Positions 49,272 to 57,835 of a stretch of 64,000 nt of DNA are shown here, one piece after another (the stretch's first letter is position 1; each line of letters opens with the position of its first letter). The stretch is from assembly GCA_963664195.1 (NCBI GenBank), contig OY760907.1:1760001-1824000 (forward strand), read 5' to 3'. The stretch comes from an uncultured candidate division Zixibacteria bacterium (GTDB taxonomy: Bacteria > Zixibacteria > MSB-5A5 > GN15 > FEB-12). The notes beneath the pieces are model-generated. The model saw only the letters and a list, made by a program, of their open reading frames with translations. It was not told the DNA's origin and ran no database searches. The position numbers were made by a program, and so were the translations under genes.

Positions 49272-49556
49272 ATGACTTACTATAGACGCGAAGCAAGAGG
49301 AACAGCAAAGTGGCTGGTGGCCATGATCCTTTTTATCCTCGTTATGAGCGTCACCTGGACTGATGTGTACGGTGTCGGTCACGCAGATGGCACTGCCAGG
49401 AGCACTGCGACTTTCGACAACGCAACCGCCGACAATGGCACCGATGCGGGTACGCAGCCTCCCCGGGCCGTTCCTGAACCCGCCACTCTGATTCTGCTCG
49501 GCAGCGGCCTCAGTGCCCTGTATATCGCGCGACGCAGGCGCAACTCGCAGAAGTAG
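49272..49556 (+). CDS. Minimal PEP-CTERM sorting-domain protein
   Basis: Signal peptide, ~30-aa mature segment, VPEPATLILLGSGLSALYIARRRR. Confidence 0.9.
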   Translation: MTYYRREARGTAKWLVAMILFILVMSVTWTDVYGVGHADGTARSTATFDNATADNGTDAGTQPPRAVPEPATLILLGSGLSALYIARRRRNSQK

Positions 49557-49586
49557 AACATACTATAGAGAATCCTCCCTCTCTAC

Positions 49587-49632
49587 GGGCGCTGTTTGAG
49601 ACCCTCCCCTCAGGCGGCGCCCACTATTTTTT
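49587..49632 (+). terminator. Probable terminator of PEP-CTERM gene
   Basis: 14-bp stem GGGCGCTGTTTGAG/CTCAGGCGGCGCCC (G-U pairs favour + strand) followed shortly by TTTTTT. Confidence 0.6.
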
Positions 49633-49637
49633 CAGCC

Positions 49638-50972
49638 TCACACATACTCCACTCTGGCGCCGATTATGGGGGCGCTTCGTTTGCGCAAGGGCCATAGCGC
49701 CAATGCAAGAGCCATCAGGGCGTCGCAGCGATTGTTGTCGTCCCAGCGGGCCTGCCTCAGTTCATCTTCGAGGGACCAGATGCGCCCCGGTCCGTCAGGC
49801 AACTCCCACCGTCCGTAAGCGATTCGTCCTCTGGCGTGAAACAGTTCGACATTTGACAACAACCCGGCTTTGGTCGATTCGGTAAACACGACTTCCTCCG
49901 GGTTGTAGTCTCGCAACTGCTCGACCACGACATCTCCAAGCCCGGTGGCATCAACTACCAGCCGTCCGGGGTACTGACGCTGCCGTTCCCTGATCTTCTC
50001 GATCACCACAACCCAGTCGAATCGTTTGAAGCGCTCAAGCGCGATGACCCGCGCTGTGCCGTTGACTACTTCGATTGTGACGCCCACGGTGGCAGTTTGT
50101 TTGCGTGCCAGGTCCCATCCGGACACCAGGCATCTGTCGTGGACCCCGGACGGTTCCGGAATCTGCGCGTTACGGGCAAGGGCCGCATCGACGTACGCCC
50201 CCGGAATGACTTCACCACCGGAGTCGACGAACTCCCCCATAATGTTTTGCTTCAGGCGACTTTCAGTGAAGTACTTGACGCGCTCGTCAAGGTAATCGCG
50301 GGAGATGTTTGGATTCTCACGCGAATCGCCTGACTGGAAGTAGCCGATTCGTCTCTGGTCGGCGATCTCTCTGGCGCGTCGGAAAAACCAGTTTTTTCCG
50401 TTCGGAGTTGAGACCAGATCGAGGCGTCCCTCGCGATCGGCCAGTCGCATGAGGATTACCTCTTCGACCACGTACTCCGGGGCCGGTTCGAACGCGACCT
50501 CGTCGAATATAAAGAGATCGTAGTCGTTGCCAAGCAGGTGTTCGCCGCGGTTCTGGGTGGTGCGGGCTTCGATTGTGGAATCGTTGCCGAAAGCCAGTTT
50601 GGGGTGGGGTGTCCAGGTGAGGGTGTCGATTAGCTCGGACAGCACGTCGGACTCGCGAACCAGACGAACCACTTGATGAAATACGAGGTTGGCCTGATCC
50701 TGAGTGATTGATGCGACCACAGCGCGATACCGTCCGCACCGGTCATATTGCAGGTCGCGCGGCTGATAGACTGCGTGATAGAGCAGCTTGACGGCCGTGA
50801 CAAACGACTTGCCCCAGCGGTTGCCGGTGACAAGGACGTTTTCCCTGGCGGTTGATACGGCGAGCCATCGTTTCTGACCGGGATGGAGTTCGACACCCAG
50901 AAAATCGCGGGCAAAAGCGGCCGGGTCTTGAAGACCTCTCCTCCAGTTGTCGTATGTTGGCTGTTTAATCAC
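49638..50972 (-). CDS. terL: Terminase large subunit
   Basis: LHPGQ, Walker A VTGNRWGKS, Walker B FIFDEVA, STPNG, SRENPNI, nuclease GWDLAR / VVDATGLG / DALMALALA. Confidence 0.9.
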   Translation of the reverse strand: MIKQPTYDNWRRGLQDPAAFARDFLGVELHPGQKRWLAVSTARENVLVTGNRWGKSFVTAVKLLYHAVYQPRDLQYDRCGRYRAVVASITQDQANLVFHQVVRLVRESDVLSELIDTLTWTPHPKLAFGNDSTIEARTTQNRGEHLLGNDYDLFIFDEVAFEPAPEYVVEEVILMRLADREGRLDLVSTPNGKNWFFRRAREIADQRRIGYFQSGDSRENPNISRDYLDERVKYFTESRLKQNIMGEFVDSGGEVIPGAYVDAALARNAQIPEPSGVHDRCLVSGWDLARKQTATVGVTIEVVNGTARVIALERFKRFDWVVVIEKIRERQRQYPGRLVVDATGLGDVVVEQLRDYNPEEVVFTESTKAGLLSNVELFHARGRIAYGRWELPDGPGRIWSLEDELRQARWDDNNRCDALMALALALWPLRKRSAPIIGARVEYV

Positions 50973-52255
50973 AGGATTGCAGATACTTTCTCCTGTGCTG
51001 TCTCGCGGTCTATGAGACCGGCTTCGTACAGTTTCAGCACGTTGTCGACAAGTCCTGTTTCGATTTCCACATTGTCCCTTGCCTGATATGCGAAAGTGTT
51101 GTCGAATACGTATTTGCAGCGGCAGTCAAGTCCGGCCAGAGCCAGGTCGACATTACCCATCATCTCCAGCAGATTGCCGACCTCAGTTTGGACTGACCGT
51201 ACCTGACGCATGACGACATCGAATTTGAACTGCGACCAGGTGGTTGTGGCGCCGTACGAGTAGCCGAGCAGGTAAGGAGCCAGATGGGTGCCGGCGCAGA
51301 TGTCCTCGATCATGGCCCGATGCGTCATAAACCAACTGGCGGCAACATCGCGCGATTTTTCGGGTCCGGTGTGGCTGATTTCGACGTTGTCCCAGGTAAC
51401 GGGATTCTCGTCGATTTCGAGTGATTTCACCATGCGAACGGTTGCGTCGAAGTACTCGTTGACGCGATCCGTGTAAGCATTGTCCGACTCGCCTCCGATT
51501 CGCTCCGGCGGGGTGATTTTTATGTGCAGGCGGTGATAGCCTGAGTTGTGGCTGGCCCGTTTCATGTCCTCGACCATTTGCTGTTCGATGTATGCGACAA
51601 ACGGGACGGCCTGGAGCACCGATCCGCCGAACGGTTGCGAGGCGCTGGCATTGAACGGGACGTAGAAGAAATCCGGTCGTTCGAGACCTATGCGGCGGTC
51701 TTCCTGTTGCAGGGACAGTCGCTGTCCTTTGTTGCCGTTGTTGCTGCGGAGCTGTACCGGGTCGATGGGGATGAAGCGGTCGACGCCGGAGGCGTCGGGG
51801 GAGACGGTGAGGAAGCCGCCGAAGATGCCGTCGCGGAAAAGCGAGGTGAACAACTCCGGGAGCAAGGCGTCAAGCCCGGTGCGATTTCCGAGAGGGTTGG
51901 CGTAGATTGTCCTTGAGAGTTCTTCAAGACGACTTTCAGCCGCTGTTCTTGCCGGGTCGTTTCGAGCGTCGATTATTCGGTACCGGCCGGGTGCTGCGGA
52001 TAAGCGTACCCAGGTCCAGATGCAGGAGTGGATGAGGGGAATATTGTCGGAGAGAAACCGGTAGAGGAGTTTTCGGTATGCGCCGGTCTCAAAGTCCTGA
52101 CGATTCCATGAGAGGACTCTTTCGATTTTGTCAGCGGTTGAGTAGTTGTCGGCTGTGCCGGATCGGATGGCGGCAGGGTTGCTTGTCTGTGGTTTGCGGA
52201 GTCTGCTCATCTGGAGGCCTTTCTTTTTCTGAGGTTTCGCGACGGCGATTTCCAC
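50969..52255 (-). CDS. Putative phage portal protein
   Basis: LYRFLSDNIPLIHSCI, PFGGSVLQAVPFV, MIEDICAGTHLAPYLLGYSYGATTTW, LYEAGLID; GTGA overlap with terL; start could be 52210. Confidence 0.75.
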   Translation of the reverse strand: MEIAVAKPQKKKGLQMSRLRKPQTSNPAAIRSGTADNYSTADKIERVLSWNRQDFETGAYRKLLYRFLSDNIPLIHSCIWTWVRLSAAPGRYRIIDARNDPARTAAESRLEELSRTIYANPLGNRTGLDALLPELFTSLFRDGIFGGFLTVSPDASGVDRFIPIDPVQLRSNNGNKGQRLSLQQEDRRIGLERPDFFYVPFNASASQPFGGSVLQAVPFVAYIEQQMVEDMKRASHNSGYHRLHIKITPPERIGGESDNAYTDRVNEYFDATVRMVKSLEIDENPVTWDNVEISHTGPEKSRDVAASWFMTHRAMIEDICAGTHLAPYLLGYSYGATTTWSQFKFDVVMRQVRSVQTEVGNLLEMMGNVDLALAGLDCRCKYVFDNTFAYQARDNVEIETGLVDNVLKLYEAGLIDRETAQEKVSAIL

Positions 52256-52383
52256 CGATTCCGTGTTGTTTTTGGTCGATTGCAGCGTCAGGGAGAGGGC
52301 AGATTAGGTCTTGAAAGGGCGTTTGGATGTATCTATATTGGGGCATAGTTTCGCAAACTCAATATGAGGCTGATAGTTATAGC

Positions 52384-53874
52384 ATGAGAATACGCCGTTT
52401 GGTACTGATGCTGATATGCGCCTGCATGGCGCTGGTGGGGTTGTCCTGTTCTGACAATCCGGCGGTCCGAGTTCGTTATCAGGCTGAGAAACTGTTTTTT
52501 GAGGCGGAAAAGGCATCCCAGCAGGCGGGCATTCGCCCGGATCTCAATACCCCGGATCTGCTTTCGAGTTTGCGCACCAAGTATAGTGACTGCCTCGATT
52601 TCTGCTATGAGGCCACAGAGTCTGTCTCCGCCAGCGAGCATCCCCGTGAACATCATGAGTTGTCCGAGCTGGCTTTCCGCTCCGCGAGCCGACTGTCGCA
52701 GTTGTATTACATGGGGGCGCACTTCGATAAGAGCGTCGAGGTCTTCAACGAACTCCTGGCAAAAGCTCCCCCCGAGGGTTCCTCGCTGGTGAATACGTAC
52801 CTGAATCTCGGGCGGGCATTGCAATCGTCCGGTGAATGGGACTCGGCTCTGGTTGTGTACAATTATGCGGTCGACAATTTCTACCCTCCGTTGGCTGAGG
52901 ACGGAGCTGTCATCCCGGCACTCTTCAACTTGCCCTCCCACATTTTCATGATCTACGCCCGGGCCGGGGATACCGCGGCAGCCGCAGTGCAGGCGGACCT
53001 TGCCGAGATATACTACGAGGGCTTAGTTGCAGATTACTCACAGGATCCGGTTGCCAAGGCAGCACGTTCAAGTCTTGTCCGTCTGTATGAGAGTACCGGG
53101 AGATGGAATCAGGCGATTGCGCATCTGAGTCTATTCACGGATTCCTCCGGTGCGGTGTCGATTCAGGCCCGAGAGCATATCGCCGATATTCATGCTCGCC
53201 GCCAGGGTGATTTCGATGATGCTCTGGCTGAATATAACGCATTGCTGGGTGATCTGACCGAAGCTGACTCTCTGCAGCGTCCTATGATTCTATACAAGAA
53301 GGGGCTGGTGTTGCTCGAAAAGAAGCGAGTTGCCGAGGGGCGGCGCGTGCTTCTTGATGTCAAGAATGCCTACGAGAGATTTTATAACGGCAGCCCGGCG
53401 GTGCAGACGGCCATCGCCCGTTCGTTTGAACTTGAGGACAATTGGGAACGGGCCGAGACCGAGTACAAGTACCTGATGGAGAAATTCGCCGGCACGCCGG
53501 AGGCAATGTCCGCATATTTGCATCTGGCGGACTGGTATTCGCGCAACGGACGTCGTCTTGAAGCCGAGCATATGGAGGAACGCGCTGAGACGGAGTACGA
53601 TCGGATTGCGGCGACAAAGGCGGGCAGCTATCTCGAGGCAAGTGCTCTGGGTCACAAGGCAGAGCTGTTCCGTCGCCAGAAAAACTGGCCCAAAACGGCG
53701 GAGGTACTCTGCCGGATTTTTGACCGTTTTCCGACTAGCGAGGTAGGTTACGAGTCCCTGTTAAGTGCATCGGTCATTTATCGCGACAAACTAAACGACC
53801 CGAGTGCTGCCGATTCGCTGATCGAGGAGATGAAAAAACGCCTGACTGAAGTTGACGATTCTGGCGAAAATTAG
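52384..53874 (+). CDS. TPR-repeat lipoprotein
   Basis: Lipobox LVGLSC; many TPR-like helix pairs (YLNLGRALQSSGEWDSALVVY). Confidence 0.85.
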   Translation: MRIRRLVLMLICACMALVGLSCSDNPAVRVRYQAEKLFFEAEKASQQAGIRPDLNTPDLLSSLRTKYSDCLDFCYEATESVSASEHPREHHELSELAFRSASRLSQLYYMGAHFDKSVEVFNELLAKAPPEGSSLVNTYLNLGRALQSSGEWDSALVVYNYAVDNFYPPLAEDGAVIPALFNLPSHIFMIYARAGDTAAAAVQADLAEIYYEGLVADYSQDPVAKAARSSLVRLYESTGRWNQAIAHLSLFTDSSGAVSIQAREHIADIHARRQGDFDDALAEYNALLGDLTEADSLQRPMILYKKGLVLLEKKRVAEGRRVLLDVKNAYERFYNGSPAVQTAIARSFELEDNWERAETEYKYLMEKFAGTPEAMSAYLHLADWYSRNGRRLEAEHMEERAETEYDRIAATKAGSYLEASALGHKAELFRRQKNWPKTAEVLCRIFDRFPTSEVGYESLLSASVIYRDKLNDPSAADSLIEEMKKRLTEVDDSGEN

Positions 53875-53938
53875 GATCTTTTGACGATAGGTAATGTAAA
53901 AACGGGTGAAATAACCCGTGTCCACACCAGGAGGAAGA

Positions 53939-54499
53939 ATGAAATTGAAAGTTAACGTTCTCATGCTGTTCGCGTGCCTGCTCTTACTGCCGGTGCTGAC
54001 GGCAGCTCAGGAAAACCCTGATACGGTGCTTGCCGAGGTCGCCAAGATCGACAACTCGACCTGGTCGGTTACGGTCTCATGCACCAACAGCGAAGACATC
54101 GTCGGTCTTACGGTGCCGTTCAAGATGTCTGCCGGAATGAACAAGATTGTGGCCGACTCCGCCGTTTACACCGGCGGTCGGGTTATGCACTTCAACTACC
54201 GTGGATTCCGCGCCGATACCGCCATTCAGTGTGTCACGCTCGGTATGGTGGCCAATCTTGGCCCGTCCGACAACAAGCTGACTCCCGGTACAGGGCGTCT
54301 CGTGACGGTGTTTGTCTCGTCGCTTGAGGACAAGCCGATCGAGAATTTGACTGTCGACACCACCACCACCGAACCGACCAACAGTCTGCTGTTGTTCGCG
54401 CATAAGTCCTATGCCGATGGTATGGTGGATGCCACGACGACCGAGAAGGCTGCGAAGCGTTCTCTGGTTCCGGCCTGGGTCGTGCGCAAAGCCGAATAG
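53939..54499 (+). CDS. Secreted cohesin-like beta-sandwich protein
   Basis: AGGAGG RBS; signal peptide; VTVSCTNSEDIVGLTVPF...DSAVYTGGRV...LTPGTGRLVTVFV. Confidence 0.65.
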   Translation: MKLKVNVLMLFACLLLLPVLTAAQENPDTVLAEVAKIDNSTWSVTVSCTNSEDIVGLTVPFKMSAGMNKIVADSAVYTGGRVMHFNYRGFRADTAIQCVTLGMVANLGPSDNKLTPGTGRLVTVFVSSLEDKPIENLTVDTTTTEPTNSLLLFAHKSYADGMVDATTTEKAAKRSLVPAWVVRKAE

Positions 54500-54520
54500 A
54501 CTGCGTACAGACATGTATTG

Positions 54521-54549
54521 AAAAAGCCCGCCAAACGGCGGGCTTTTTT
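54521..54549. terminator. Bidirectional intrinsic terminator
   Basis: AAAAAGCCCGCC-aaac-GGCGGGCTTTTTT. Confidence 0.88.
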
Positions 54550-54560
54550 GTGATGTGTGA

Positions 54561-54624
54561 TGTTTGGGGGGTGTCGGAGCGAGCGGTGGTTCACGGGCAC
54601 ACTATCGTGTGCCGCGCACGGAAC
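54561..54624. repeat. ~63-bp dispersed repeat, copy 1
   Basis: Core TTCACGGGCACAC(T/G)ATCGTGTGCCGCGC shared with 56940-57002; partial copy at ~14104-14140. Confidence 0.75.
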
Positions 54625-55171
54625 TTCGTTGAGGCACTCGTTCGTGTCACGTCGAAGAAGCAACAACGTTGGGGCAAAGCATGGTTAGTCATGATTCACT
54701 CTTTAACAGTGCAATGTGTTTTATTAGGCCTGTTGTTTGAGTAAGTATGTCGAATGCCATGTCTTCGCTGTAGGATGCTCGCGCATGACCAAGATCATTT
54801 CTCCATGCATCCTTAACAGCACGCATATAGCTGATCATCTCAGATAGGCGCTTCACCCTATGTTGGTCACGTTTCGACCTAGGCGTATCGTACATCTTCT
54901 CCATTTGAACGTCAAGAGTGTTCAATACTCTGCCCCAATCATGCCATTTATGTAGTTTGGGATCGCAATCGGCACCTAATTCGTTCAAGGCTATCGCAAG
55001 ATGGGGGAACATGTGTTCTATGGCACGCATACAATGATAGGCGGAGGCTGTGAATCTATCGAAAACAAAGCATTTATTAGCCTCACCTAGTTCTTGATGA
55101 CTGTCGGTGGACAATTCTGCGATCTCAGAGGGGATTGTCTTTCCTTGCCATTGCCCCTCTTCAGATCTATC

Positions 55172-56489
55172 GGGCATGTAAGTATTTTTGTGTAAGCGGC
55201 CATGATGTATATTGGATTGAAGGAGGATACGCATGGCCAAGAAGCTCGACAATGCAGACAAGCTTATCGATGAAATGATCGCCGGGAAGACGCCCGAGGA
55301 GATAGTCGGCGAGGGCGGTCTTCTCGAAGCGCTTACGAAACGCGTCTACGAACGCGCCCTCGAAGGCGAGATGACGCACCATCTGGGCTACCCCCCCAAA
55401 GCCCCCGAGGGCCGCAACAGCGGCAACTCCCGCAACGGCAAGACCACCAAGACAGTTAAGACCGGGGCCGAGGATGTGAACTTAGCGATTCCCCGGGACC
55501 GCAACGGCCAGTTCGAGCCACAGCTGGTCAAAAAGCATCAGCGTCGCCTGCCGGGTTTCGACGACAAGGTACTGGCGCTGTATGCTCGTGGGCTTTCGAC
55601 CCGTGATATCCAGGGTCATCTTGAGGAGATGTACGGATCGGCCGTGTCGCCGGCGTTGATATCGGCGGTGACGGACGCAGTTTTGGAGGAGGTGACGGCG
55701 TGGCAGAACCGTCCGTTGGAGCCGGTGTATCCGATCGTGTACCTTGATGCCATCCACCTGAAGATGCGTCACAGCGGGCAGATCAAGAACCAGGCAGTGT
55801 ATCTGGCTCTGGGGATCAACCGTGAGGGCGGCAAGGAGTTACTGGGGTTGTGGGTCGGCGAGCACGAGGGGGCCAAGTTCTGGTTGAACGTGCTGACCCA
55901 GTTGAAGAACCGTGGGGTGCAGGACATCCTGATTGCCTGTGTGGACGGTCTGAGCGGTTTCCCCGACGCGATCGAGGCGGCCTATCCGAAGGCGCAGGTG
56001 CAGTTGTGCATCGTGCACATGGTGCGCAACTCGCTGAAGTATGTCTCCTGGAAACAGCGCAAGGCGGTGGCCGCCGATCTCAAGAGTGTTTATTCGGCGC
56101 CCAACGTGGAGGCCGCCGAGGAGGCCCTGGCCGCGCTTGAGGCCCGGTATGAGGACAGCTTCCCGCAAATCGCGCGCTCGTGGCGATCCTGCTGGGTGAA
56201 CATCATTCCGTTTTTTGACTATCCGCCGGCGATTCGGAAAGTTATCTATACGACTAATGCGATTGAATCGATGAACGCTCAGCTGCGGAAAGTTACGAGA
56301 AATCGCGGCTCGTTTCCGACCGCCGACTCGGTGAGGAAGGTGCTGTATTTGGCGATACAGAGAATCTCGATGAAGTGGAAACGACCGATCAAAGACTGGG
56401 TGGCGGCACTCAACCACTTCAGCATCATGTTTGAGGGAAGAATCTGACAACCGTGAAAAGGCTGCTTACACAAAATTCTGTACAGACCC
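55172..56489 (+). mobile_element. IS256-family insertion sequence, 1318 bp
   Basis: Imperfect 30-bp terminal IRs (GGGCATGTAAGTATTTTTGTGTAAGCGGCC vs GGGTCTGTACAGAATTTTGTGTAAGCAGCC); 8-bp duplication GATCTATC at 55164-55171 and 56490-56497. Confidence 0.96.
55233..56447 (+). CDS. IS256-family (Mutator-like) DDE transposase
   Basis: RNG, IPRDRNGQFEP, YPIVYLDAI, CVDGLSGF, QLCIVH, YTTNAIES. Confidence 0.97.
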   Translation: MAKKLDNADKLIDEMIAGKTPEEIVGEGGLLEALTKRVYERALEGEMTHHLGYPPKAPEGRNSGNSRNGKTTKTVKTGAEDVNLAIPRDRNGQFEPQLVKKHQRRLPGFDDKVLALYARGLSTRDIQGHLEEMYGSAVSPALISAVTDAVLEEVTAWQNRPLEPVYPIVYLDAIHLKMRHSGQIKNQAVYLALGINREGGKELLGLWVGEHEGAKFWLNVLTQLKNRGVQDILIACVDGLSGFPDAIEAAYPKAQVQLCIVHMVRNSLKYVSWKQRKAVAADLKSVYSAPNVEAAEEALAALEARYEDSFPQIARSWRSCWVNIIPFFDYPPAIRKVIYTTNAIESMNAQLRKVTRNRGSFPTADSVRKVLYLAIQRISMKWKRPIKDWVAALNHFSIMFEGRI

Positions 56490-56939
56490 GATCTATCTAA
56501 CACAAAACATGCCCTGCAACGAAATTCATGTAGGACGACATCTACCGCCTTGCTCAATAGAGATATCACGGTTTCGGTGGTAGCCCCTCTCATGCCCAAG
56601 GCCTGGATGACACTGTCAAACACATAATCAATTTCACCTCCCAATATGGTATTGACCGAGCCTTTCAAATTGTCCATTTGCTCCGTTACGTATTCCACAT
56701 CGCTTAGCGACAACTCTCCATTGTTGTGCTCAGCAAGAGATTGGATCAGATTCCGCAGGCAATACGGCGCAAGCGCTGCATGAGAGATGATTGACGTTCT
56801 CATAATGTCATATAGGTTTGTCAGGGTCCCGCTTCAGGGCCATTGTGTGTCGTGCTCCCCACATCTATAGTCTGCGTTCATATTATCTCACTTTTTGTGG
56901 TTCGTCAAGTACATAGACGCCTTTTCGAGGGGCGGTCAG

Positions 56940-57002
56940 TGTTTGGTAGGCGTCGGGGGAGCGGTGTTTCACGGGCACACGATCGTGTGCCGCGCCCGAA
57001 AC
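56940..57002. repeat. ~63-bp dispersed repeat, copy 2
   Basis: Direct repeat of 54561-54624 with internal palindrome GGCACACGATCGTGTGCC. Confidence 0.75.
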
Positions 57003-57066
57003 AAAGACGACAGCGAGACTGGCTGAGACCATCGAGGATGAGTGACCTAGGCCGCTCCGCGCTGTG

Positions 57067-57534
57067 CTAATTGCGCCAATTCTTCACCTTCGCCCATTCC
57101 TGTATAAACACTTCTCTCGCTGCATTCTCTGCGTTTAGGACTGCCGTCGCAAACTCCTCCAGATTTACTGCTCTCTCCGGTCTTAATAGGTCGGACAGGC
57201 ACAGGACTGATTTGATGAGCTTGGCGTGGGAGTCCACATCAGGGTTGACCATTAGACGGATTTTCGCGACAGATAGGTTGGAGCGCTTCTGGCACTCTAG
57301 GACATCTCTGATGTCCGAGCCTTCGATCATCCTCATTGAGATGAAATAGTTGGCTTCCGATATCAAGCCAGCCGTCTCTCGTCGCAGATCCTCTATCCAC
57401 TCGCGCCTCAACGGTAGAACCGTCTGTTTCCTGGCGATCCGCATCGAAACCCATGGTCCTACAAAGACTGCGGCCAGAGCCACAACCAGAGAGCCCACCG
57501 GAATAATGTACGTGGTCAGAACTTGAGTATCCAT
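57067..57534 (-). CDS. Single-TM hypothetical protein
   Basis: AGGAGG RBS; N-terminal TM; RREWIEDLR...KIRLMVNP...EWAKVK. Confidence 0.75.
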   Translation of the reverse strand: MDTQVLTTYIIPVGSLVVALAAVFVGPWVSMRIARKQTVLPLRREWIEDLRRETAGLISEANYFISMRMIEGSDIRDVLECQKRSNLSVAKIRLMVNPDVDSHAKLIKSVLCLSDLLRPERAVNLEEFATAVLNAENAAREVFIQEWAKVKNWRN

Positions 57535-57599
57535 TGAACCTCCTATGATTGTGTTTCCTGTTTCACCATCCGCGCCAACCCCACGCCCATTTCGGGGTC

Positions 57600-57820
57600 T
57601 CCCGGCGTGTGCTGTTGGACGACCCCGTCCGACAACCGTTTGACCAGACGAAAAGATTGTTGGGTTTACGCTCCGCCCACAGGACGAATGGTGCGGCTTC
57701 CAGATGTGTGGCGGTCAGGCGAGGTCGCCTTACCGCACCTACAAGGGGCAGACGGCAAGCGCCGATTCATCGGGTCTCTGCCACCCACAGGAAGTCGAAA
57801 CTGCAGGAGTTTCGACCTGC
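57600..57820. repeat. Cluster of REP-like hairpins
   Basis: GGGGCAGA...TCTGCCACCCAC at 57745-57788 and GTCGAAAC-tgcagga-GTTTCGACC at 57794-57817. Confidence 0.55.
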
Positions 57821-57835
57821 GAGGACCGCCGTCCG

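Larger units (their letters stand above)
40015..52255 (-). other. Phage-derived head/packaging gene module (prophage remnant or domesticated GTA-like element)
   Basis: Co-oriented, largely overlapping portal, TerL, protease, scaffold-like, decoration, capsid and adaptor genes; no integrase, replication or long-tail genes seen. Confidence 0.85.
54689..56803 (-). pseudogene. HEPN-motif protein gene interrupted by IS256
   Basis: Removing 55172-56489 and one GATCTATC copy restores a 789-nt frame (...CFVLDRS|EEGQW...) with EANKCF...ASAYHCMRAIE and WRNDLGH (Rx4H); visibly AT-richer than flanks. Confidence 0.8.

Noticed and set aside
39947..52383. Intact inducible prophage or encapsulin operon
   Set aside because: No integrase, att repeats, replication, lysis enzyme or long-tail genes seen; portal and terminase argue against an encapsulin.
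54689..55261. ORF-track 190-aa and 174-aa (56279-56803) proteins as separate genes
   Set aside because: They are two halves of one gene, each extended artificially into IS256 ends.
54561..57002. Integron attC sites
   Set aside because: No proper RYYYAAC/GTTRRRY boxes and no integron integrase in the window.
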